Shown here: piece by piece, positions 1 through 6,678 of the stretch | Numbering within the stretch: position 1 is the first letter of the stretch | Layout of the letters: every line of letters starts with the position of its first letter | From: Bacteriovoracaceae bacterium | GTDB lineage: Bacteria > Bdellovibrionota > Bacteriovoracia > Bacteriovoracales > Bacteriovoracaceae | Direction of reading: 5' to 3' | NCBI GenBank assembly: GCA_041586955.1 | Contig: JBFGZE010000098.1 | Coordinates: forward strand, 1 to 10,934 | DNA length: 10,934 bases | The notes under the pieces: model-generated | Told to the model about the DNA's origin: nothing | The model's database searches: none | Seen by the model: only the letters and a program-made list of their open reading frames with translations | Program-made: the position numbers and the translations under genes

Positions 1-987
1 ACGGGCCAATTGCGCTCCTTTTGTATCATAAAGGCGGGCCACTTCGCCACGTTCAAATTCTCCTCTAACCTCGAGTATTCCCTTGGCCAATAAACTACTC
101 CCTTGATCCTTCAGTGCCTTCGCTGCTCCCGTATCGATAATAATATCGCCAGCAGGAGGAGGTCCGGCGAGTATCCATCTTTTGCGATTTTCCAAGGGTG
201 ACTCTAAGGGCCTAAAATGTGTTCCCACTTCAAGGCCGCTGACAATATCAGTGATCACATCTGGTCGGCCACCAGCCGCCATAACCACTTCAATGCCAGC
301 ACGACGGGCGACATCTGCGGCCTGTAGCTTGGTTATCATCCCGCCCGTCCCCAAATGACTACCACTGCCACTCGCCAAATTGTGTAAGGTTTCATCAATA
401 GTATGGACTTGGCGGATAAGATCCGCATTAGGGTTTTTACGAGGATCTTCGGTAAAGAGACCTGGTTGATCAGTTAGTAAGATCAATTGATCAGCTTCGG
501 CGAGAATTCCCACCATGGCCGATAGATTATCATTATCGCCCACTTTAATTTCAAAGGTGGCGACAGCATCATTTTCATTGACCACTGGTACAATGCCATT
601 TTCAAGCAATGCCACCAGCATATCTCGGGCATTAAGAAAGCGTTCACGGTCATCAAAATCAGCTCGGGTCAACAACATTTGACCGACATGAATACCATAT
701 AGGCCAAAAAGGTTTTCCCATTCTTGGATTAATCGACTTTGCCCAACAGCGGCCAGCAATTGTTGCGAGGCCATGGTTTTGGGAAGCTTAGGATTATTGA
801 GATGTTCACGACCTGCGGCGATAGCGCCAGAGGTTACCAGAACCACTTGATGCCCGTTTCTCTGTAGATGAGCACATTGTCGTACCAGTTCAACCATATG
901 AGCACGATCGATCTTATCAGTCCCACCAGTGATAACACTGGTACCGAGTTTTATAACGATTGTTTGTTTTTTGCTTTTATTTTCCAT
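1..987 (-). CDS. proB: Glutamate 5-kinase (gamma-glutamyl kinase) with PUA domain; 3' end runs off the window
   Basis: Not in the ORF track; translated by hand from ATG at 987: [22 protein letters not shown]...[11 protein letters not shown]...AAVGQSRL...[10 protein letters not shown]...[22 protein letters not shown]...LLTDQPGLF...[12 protein letters not shown]...LENRKRWI...GSSLLAKGI. All are diagnostic G5K/PUA motifs, and the frame is open to position 1. Confidence 0.98.
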   Translation of the reverse strand, partial: MENKSKKQTIVIKLGTSVITGGTDKIDRAHMVELVRQCAHLQRNGHQVVLVTSGAIAAGREHLNNPKLPKTMASQQLLAAVGQSRLIQEWENLFGLYGIHVGQMLLTRADFDDRERFLNARDMLVALLENGIVPVVNENDAVATFEIKVGDNDNLSAMVGILAEADQLILLTDQPGLFTEDPRKNPNADLIRQVHTIDETLHNLASGSGSHLGTGGMITKLQAADVARRAGIEVVMAAGGRPDVITDIVSGLEVGTHFRPLESPLENRKRWILAGPPPAGDIIIDTGAAKALKDQGSSLLAKGILEVRGEFERGEVARLYDTKGAQLAR

Positions 988-1045
988 TGTCTAAAATTTT
1001 ATCAATCACCTCCATAGATCACAAGAGGTATGTTCAGGTTCTTGA

Positions 1046-1128
1046 CACTGCGAACTGAAACTTTTTTAAGATAAGGAATAATAATATCACCATAAATGGT
1101 ATTCATAATTTCTTTCCATTAGTATCGA
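1046..1128 (-). pseudogene. Decayed copy of the 3' end of the U32 gene at 6679-7833 (left arm of a direct repeat)
   Basis: Hand alignment to 6699-6785 gives 68 identities, 15 mismatches, one 3-nt and one 1-nt gap. Translation across the frameshift, DTNGK/..MNTIYGDIIIPYLKKVSVRS, matches NTNGEEIVNASYGDIVIIPHLGGVSIRS. Confidence 0.9.
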
Positions 1129-1205
1129 GATTTTTTAAATAGCGACTCTGAATGATTGGCGTAAAATAAAAGGAAAGGCCAAGGATCAAGGGTCAATTCT
1201 CCTAT

Positions 1206-3197
1206 TCAGTTGTTGAGAGCGTTCGCATCGATCCAGGCCTTAATCATTTCTATCTCTTTTACCGTTAGAAAAGGGCCGCCCCTAGGCATACGATCCCCTA
1301 AACGAAAGTCATTTTGAGTGATAAGCTTAGCAATAAGGTAACTTTGACGAGGATCTGAATTTCCTGGTCGCACTCGCAACACCCCTCCAAGCGCCTGCCC
1401 TTCAACAGAGGCGGTGCCGACCAAGTTCTGATAGGCACGTTCCTTAACAGAGAGATCAAGTCCATGAGGGGCCGAACTTCCCGTATGGCAGCCAAAGCAG
1501 CGCGATAAAATATTTTTATGAATAAAAGTAAAAGTCGGTACTTCGCCATTACCTCCTTGCCCCCCATCCCCCGCCGTATCTCCATTAGTGTCTCCCACTA
1601 TTATAAGATCATCGGGATTAATATCTTGAGGAGCAATGCAGTTATTGATGAGACCTCCTATGGGCAAAAGTTGCGGGCAGGGAAGGCCGGGAGCCGTTTT
1701 ATGGTTAAACCATAACAATTCACTGGCCAAATGCATGGCACCAGCTGTGTCGTATTGGTCTTTTGCAACTTGCCATTCTTGGACACCAATTTGCTTGGCC
1801 CTGGCCGCGAATACTGGGGCGATTCCATCATTTAGGCCTTCTTGCCGCGGTAAAGGTAAGCGTGGATCACGATGGAAAATGGCGCTGGCCCTCTGTTCAT
1901 AAGGGGCAAGGTCATCCGGGAGCGGAGCGGATAATTGAAGAGATGCTTGATTAAGGATCGTCTGAAAAAAACCGACCATTATTGGCAACAATTGTCTTTG
2001 AGCAATATTTTTTTCACCAAATAATTTGAGAGCATTAAGGGCCCCTAATAATGCCGCCACATGCTCACTCGACCATTCTTTTTCGTTGGGAAATGTTTGT
2101 AATTTTCGATCAAATGCCCGGTTAATAAATTGAAAAGAGTCTTGTATAAATTGCAGGTCTTCTTCATTTTGTGTCAACCGATAAAACGCCATCAATCCTT
2201 GAATTCGATAGGCATGATCAAAAAGATCTAGGTTTTTTAAGGACCTTAATTTTTTAACGAGAGGTAAAATATCCCCGGTTACGATGGAACTCTCTTTAGT
2301 GAAACTTGTATACCATAGCAAACTAAGAATAGCGTTGGTACACTCCCGTGCATTTTGTGGTTCTTTATCGATGTTAAAATAGATATTCTCCACGGCGGTA
2401 CGCAACTCCTTTATTATTAAAGTGATAATTTTCCCCTCCTTTAAAGAAATAATTTGAGCACATCGGTTATTAGAACGAAGAGGTAGAAGTGAGCTAGTAC
2501 TTGTTAAATATTCGGCCAGATTTGAGATCGCACCCAATGCTAGGTATTCACCACTTAAATCCATATGATTAAAAAGATGAGGGTTTTTAATATATTCTCT
2601 GGCCTGTTCTAGGCCAGTTAGACATAGTATCATTCCTAATAGCCGTTGATCGGCCCCTGGTATCTGACTACGGCCAGGAACACCAAACAGACGATCATTA
2701 TTGAAATATTTAACGGCCTCTATCTCCTGTATCAAAGTCCAGGCAAATGCCTGAGAGCTAGTTTTCCCTGGTGCCCCCTGGATCCAGCGAAAATTTCGGA
2801 GGTCAAGTGGGTTATTATTCATAGGGCTGATTAATTGAGGATTCCCTTTATTAAATACCCTTTTTAAGAGAACCAAACCATTGGGTGGAACTGCTGTTGA
2901 AATTCGATCAGAGGCCAATTTGACCATTTGCTCTAAGGTTGCCGGTAATATTTCAAACGGTTCCCCCAACCCTGATTGCAGGGCCTGTGCCATTAAATTA
3001 TAGCGGGAGTACCAATAGCTTTGACCAAGAGTTTCTGCAAAGGATAGCTTTAACAAAGTATTTTGTCCTGTGATAGGCGTCTTGCAATTGAGGTCTTCCT
3101 CAGGACAGTCAAAAATGGGGTGATGCTTGCCACTACAGGCAAAGATGAGCAAGTGTAGTAACGACAAAATGAATAAGGAGCGGTGCTGATTACCCAT
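1206..3197 (-). CDS. Lipoprotein: YWYSRYNL-family alpha-helical domain, Gly/Asp-rich linker and C-terminal monoheme cytochrome c (planctomycete cytochrome c-like)
   Basis: Lipobox LIFA-C21. Extensive motif sharing with the 487-aa ORF. Linker GDTNGDTAGDGGQGGNG. CFGCH at nt 1485-1499 (C567), followed by GLDL...PGNS...SYLIAKL...RMP (M637, likely axial ligand)...LT..EIEMIKAWI. Confidence 0.88.
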   Translation of the reverse strand: MGNQHRSLFILSLLHLLIFACSGKHHPIFDCPEEDLNCKTPITGQNTLLKLSFAETLGQSYWYSRYNLMAQALQSGLGEPFEILPATLEQMVKLASDRISTAVPPNGLVLLKRVFNKGNPQLISPMNNNPLDLRNFRWIQGAPGKTSSQAFAWTLIQEIEAVKYFNNDRLFGVPGRSQIPGADQRLLGMILCLTGLEQAREYIKNPHLFNHMDLSGEYLALGAISNLAEYLTSTSSLLPLRSNNRCAQIISLKEGKIITLIIKELRTAVENIYFNIDKEPQNARECTNAILSLLWYTSFTKESSIVTGDILPLVKKLRSLKNLDLFDHAYRIQGLMAFYRLTQNEEDLQFIQDSFQFINRAFDRKLQTFPNEKEWSSEHVAALLGALNALKLFGEKNIAQRQLLPIMVGFFQTILNQASLQLSAPLPDDLAPYEQRASAIFHRDPRLPLPRQEGLNDGIAPVFAARAKQIGVQEWQVAKDQYDTAGAMHLASELLWFNHKTAPGLPCPQLLPIGGLINNCIAPQDINPDDLIIVGDTNGDTAGDGGQGGNGEVPTFTFIHKNILSRCFGCHTGSSAPHGLDLSVKERAYQNLVGTASVEGQALGGVLRVRPGNSDPRQSYLIAKLITQNDFRLGDRMPRGGPFLTVKEIEMIKAWIDANALNN

Positions 3198-3209
3198 AAT
3201 TAGGACCCC

Positions 3210-4424
3210 TCACAACCAAAATCTCAAAACCGCAAAGACATCCTTTTGATCAGATTTGATATGACTCCCCTCAATCCTAGGCACTTGGATATTTGATTCT
3301 TCATACCGTAAAAGAAGTAAGGTATTGGCATTGATTTGATGCCTGAGGCCTAGGCCATAGCGAATATAAGAATCACTTTTGAAATTATTATCGAGGAGTA
3401 AATGGTCATATTTAACCATAGCGATCCATGTGGGAGTGATTTCCCATTTGAAGTTGACCAATAGTCCACGAGAAGTTTTGTCTTTAATGGCCTGCTTGTA
3501 GGCAAGGCCAGCGGTGGTATTAGGAATGAAGTTTCCAATATAACGGGGGTTATGAATATCATTATAAAATCGCGCATAAACCAATTCACTGGCGATATGG
3601 GCCTTCCACTTTGTTTTAAATAATTGATCGAAAGTCAAAATACCATAAAATGAATAGGCATAGGGATTAGGCGCAGCGACTTCCTTGGTTTGGTGATAGG
3701 AATAACTCGTGCCTAATAATAGCGGCCATTGGTGATGATTAAAGCGCATATTACCAATAACGCCAAATGTTTGATCATTGATAGTTAAATTCCCCCCTCC
3801 ATTTTTAAAACCTAGTCCATTGGTCAGGGCAAGGTCCAAATGAAGAGAGGCGAGAGGGTCAAAAGAGAAAACCCCTCCCATTTCCCTCTCGCGCAGAGTG
3901 GTGGCGGTTTGAAATCGAGTATAGGTTCTATGTTCATCAGTTAATAGGCCAAATGGGGCATAGAAATTTCCAAAAACAATGCTTGAAGGTTGCCAAAATA
4001 CATCATCATTATTTTGCCAAAGTAGATAGATCTCTCTGGTGCCAGGCGCGAAGGTGCCAAAATCATAACTGAGCAATACGCTGGTACTAAACCCATCATC
4101 TTTTTCAACAATGGGGATATTGGCCGAAACTGTGGCGGTCATGAGGCCTAGGCCATTGGTCGTTAGATGGTTGGGTCGCTTGGTATCTTTAAGAAAAAGC
4201 GCACGGAAGTCTGCATAATAAAGATCTGTCTCATTATGGAGTCCCGCTTTTAAATCCCTTGCACCGTAAATCTTTCCCATGATGCGTCTCGGACCGGCCC
4301 CCCATGGGTTGACATGGCATTGAATACAATTGAGTTTTTCGCGGGCGGCGTATTCTGGTCTGGCCAGCAAGGAGAAAGAGAATAAAAGACCAAGGATAGC
4401 GGCTAATGGTGGCCAATCTTTCAT
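3210..4424 (-). CDS. Outer-membrane beta-barrel with an N-terminal c-type heme motif (Cyc2-like cytochrome-porin fusion architecture)
   Basis: Signal peptide (...SLLA|RPEY), then PEYAAREKLN-CIQCH-VNPWGAGPR (CxxCH at nt 4314-4328). The rest is amphipathic aromatic-rich beta-strands ending in VFAVLRFWL. RBS AAGGA at 4431-4435. Confidence 0.85.
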   Translation of the reverse strand: MKDWPPLAAILGLLFSFSLLARPEYAAREKLNCIQCHVNPWGAGPRRIMGKIYGARDLKAGLHNETDLYYADFRALFLKDTKRPNHLTTNGLGLMTATVSANIPIVEKDDGFSTSVLLSYDFGTFAPGTREIYLLWQNNDDVFWQPSSIVFGNFYAPFGLLTDEHRTYTRFQTATTLREREMGGVFSFDPLASLHLDLALTNGLGFKNGGGNLTINDQTFGVIGNMRFNHHQWPLLLGTSYSYHQTKEVAAPNPYAYSFYGILTFDQLFKTKWKAHIASELVYARFYNDIHNPRYIGNFIPNTTAGLAYKQAIKDKTSRGLLVNFKWEITPTWIAMVKYDHLLLDNNFKSDSYIRYGLGLRHQINANTLLLLRYEESNIQVPRIEGSHIKSDQKDVFAVLRFWL

Positions 4425-4440
4425 AGAAAATCCTTAGCGT

Positions 4441-4472
4441 AAAAGGAGTGGGGAGCATGCTAGTCCCCACTC
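4441..4472 (-). terminator. Intra-operon stem-loop with short U-tract (partial terminator or mRNA stabiliser)
   Basis: Perfect 9-bp stem GAGTGGGGA (4446-4454) / TCCCCACTC (4464-4472) with a 9-nt loop, followed on the minus strand by CUUUU, 8 nt after the stop of the 487-aa gene. Confidence 0.7.
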
Positions 4473-4480
4473 AATGGGAG

Positions 4481-5944
4481 TTAAGGAATATTAGGGAAGC
4501 CATTGACCTCCGCATGATGTAACCATAAAAACTCACTGGCCAATTGCATGGCGCCGGCACTATCAAAGCTATTTACTCTTTCCCAATGGCCGCTCTTCAT
4601 AGAAACTTCTGATGCAAAAACGGGAGCGATACCAAATTCACCACCGGCAAGTGCTGGTACCGGAAGTGAGGGGTGACGATGGAGCATAGAATCATCTCTA
4701 CGCTCGTAGGGGGGAATCTTTTCAACGGGGGGAGCAGAGATTTGCATACCGGCCTGATTGAGAATGGTATCAAAAAACTTAACTAAAATATTTTCGACTT
4801 GTTCTTGATCAACGCGACCAGCAACAAAAAGTTTTAAGGAATTGAGAGCGCCGATAAGGACGGCGACATCAGACGTATTATAAGTGAAAAAACCGTTAAA
4901 AATCCCCTTCTCGCTATTAAAGCTCGTGGCAAACTCGCTATATTGGCGAGCGGCAAGTTTCATATAACGAGGGGAATCTGTTACCCGGCCGATTTCAATG
5001 AGAGCTCTGATCATATGCGCTTGATCCACTGGATTGCTGGCCTTCAGGCCGGCCAATTCTTGTCCATAAGCTATAATTTGGGTTTTTATGGCCATGCGAT
5101 CAGCTTGATTAGCGTAGGCATACCAAATTAGGGATTGGATCGCCTCGGAAAGTTCGGGGATTGTGGTTGGCCTGTCAATTTTCTGATAAAGAGATTTGGC
5201 CGTTTGTAAAAATGATTCTGAAATTTCTTCTGCAGTTTTACCGAGCATCATAGATGCCAAAAGCGCGCAGCGGTTTTCTCGCATAAATGGGCGAAATGAA
5301 TTTTTAACCGTCAAATATTGTGAAAAATTGGCAATTGCTTTGAGTGCCACGTATTGACCGACGATATTAGAAAAATCAAATAAATCCTCATTTTCTTGAT
5401 ATTCTTTAAGTTGCATTAAGGATTCCGCACATAATACCAGACCGGCGAAGCGCTCTTGCGCTCCTGGGATATTGACTCGCATGGGGTCTCCAAAATGGAA
5501 GTCTATATTAAATTGTTTGACCCATTCGATCTCTTTCATCAAAACCCAGCCAAAGGCCGCAGCAGAAGTTTTGCTCGACTCTACTGGGGCCCAGCGAAAA
5601 TTATTAAAATCATTATCGATATTATTCGAAGCATTTATATAGGAAGGATTGCCTCCATTGAAAACCCGTTTTAATAATGCCGCATTTTTAGCAGGTACAG
5701 CAGTACTCCATTCATCAGAGACCATTTTAACCATCGCTTCTACCATTTCAGGACCCGGTTTAAATGTTTCGCCTAGATTCGACTTCATAACCAGGGAGCC
5801 GAGGTTATAACGAGAGTACCAATAAGCTTCTTCAAGTGCGTGGACAAATTTGAATTCTGCTGCCAACAATGACGTTAGAGATATCCCTAACCCTAGGGTA
5901 ATGAGAAACTTTTTAATGGAAAATGACAAAAATGTTCGCTTCAT
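4481..5944 (-). CDS. Secreted protein of unknown function, YWYSRYNL family, probably containing alpha/alpha-hairpin (six-hairpin-like) repeats
   Basis: 487 aa, Sec-type signal peptide (MKR...LTSLLAA|EF), strong RBS AAGGAGAG at 5951-5958. The segment MIRALIEIGRVTDSPRYMKLAARQY resembles the 'L..LY..TGD..YL..A' hairpin of (alpha/alpha)6 barrels. Confidence 0.85.
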   Translation of the reverse strand: MKRTFLSFSIKKFLITLGLGISLTSLLAAEFKFVHALEEAYWYSRYNLGSLVMKSNLGETFKPGPEMVEAMVKMVSDEWSTAVPAKNAALLKRVFNGGNPSYINASNNIDNDFNNFRWAPVESSKTSAAAFGWVLMKEIEWVKQFNIDFHFGDPMRVNIPGAQERFAGLVLCAESLMQLKEYQENEDLFDFSNIVGQYVALKAIANFSQYLTVKNSFRPFMRENRCALLASMMLGKTAEEISESFLQTAKSLYQKIDRPTTIPELSEAIQSLIWYAYANQADRMAIKTQIIAYGQELAGLKASNPVDQAHMIRALIEIGRVTDSPRYMKLAARQYSEFATSFNSEKGIFNGFFTYNTSDVAVLIGALNSLKLFVAGRVDQEQVENILVKFFDTILNQAGMQISAPPVEKIPPYERRDDSMLHRHPSLPVPALAGGEFGIAPVFASEVSMKSGHWERVNSFDSAGAMQLASEFLWLHHAEVNGFPNIP

Positions 5945-5950
5945 AACAAA

Positions 5951-5958
5951 CTCTCCTT
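5951..5958 (-). promoter_or_regulatory. Shine-Dalgarno of the first operon gene
   Basis: AAGGAGAG 6 nt upstream of the ATG at 5944. Confidence 0.8.
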
Positions 5959-5974
5959 GTTAGGTATTGCTAAT

Positions 5975-6534
5975 TCACTGATAACTTTTTTGATAAAATT
6001 GCTTACACAGGCCATATACGGGAACATCGCTATTTTTTCTATCAATGGCCTTTAATTTATTGAACAGGCCAATTGTGGACGCGAGGATGCTCCATGAACC
6101 CAATTCAAAAAACGGCCTCCGCGTTTTTTTTAACTCCATGACATGATCCTTTTTGAGGTCAGACAATCGATTCTTTCAGTGGTTCAGTATGGTCTTTCTT
6201 TGTGACAAAATCTTTTTTCTTTTAAATAGAGCTTGCTCAATTTTTATCAATTCGCGATACTGGTTGATAAGCTTTAAGTCATATAGTCAAACTTTATTAA
6301 TCCTTAATTCCTTTATGGCGTTTCCGCTGTTGAAATAGAAAGTCAGAATTTTTTATCATAATTATAGATGGTGCTAATGACGACTTCATCCAATTCAAGT
6401 TTTTTAAATTTTAAAGGGGCATCTCCACAAAAACTTTCTTCATGCCTTCGATTAAGGCGCAGAGTATTTTCATCAATATATGTTTTATTTGGATAAATGT
6501 CTTGGCTTATCGTGACATGTTGAAATAAGTTTTC
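5975..6534 (-). pseudogene. Possible decayed coding remnant of unknown family
   Basis: A 63-codon start-less open stretch (ENLFQHV...VVISTIYNYDKK) can be joined by one frameshift in the A6 run near 6350 to ILTFYFNSGNAIKELRINKV*LYDLKLINQYRELIKIEQALF...NH*KNRLSDLKKDHV..., which has only two internal TGA stops (6287-6289, 6176-6178). Confidence 0.3.
6107..6131. terminator. Weak bidirectional terminator-like hairpin
   Basis: AAAAAACG-GCCTCCG-CGTTTTTTTT: a short GC core flanked by A and T tracts. The GC stem is very short. Confidence 0.25.
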
Positions 6535-6678
6535 CTACCATCTAAGTAAAAGTCCTATTTAAAAAAACCCTTACTAAATTTTTATATACAATAGCTCTTT
6601 AAGTGGCACGTTATCGCAACAATTAAATCATGCGACTATAAAGTTCAACTATTCATTTATTTCAAGAGAAGCTTAACA

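Noticed and set aside
1103..1189. 28-aa TTG-start ORF (MILGLSFYFTPIIQSRYLKNLDTNGKKL) with AGGAGA 8 nt upstream, as a fourth operon gene
   Set aside because: Its 3' part is the frameshifted U32 remnant, so it is more simply explained as junction sequence. It has no recognisable motif.
3210..4424. Calling the gene cyc2 and the host an iron oxidiser
   Set aside because: The architecture is similar but the motif deviates from canonical Cyc2, and no other iron-oxidation genes are in the window.
4481..5944. Annotating the 487-aa and 663-aa proteins as glycoside hydrolase, AGE epimerase or YyaL
   Set aside because: Only a generic helical-hairpin resemblance. No family-specific catalytic motif is recognised, and the conserved blocks lie elsewhere.
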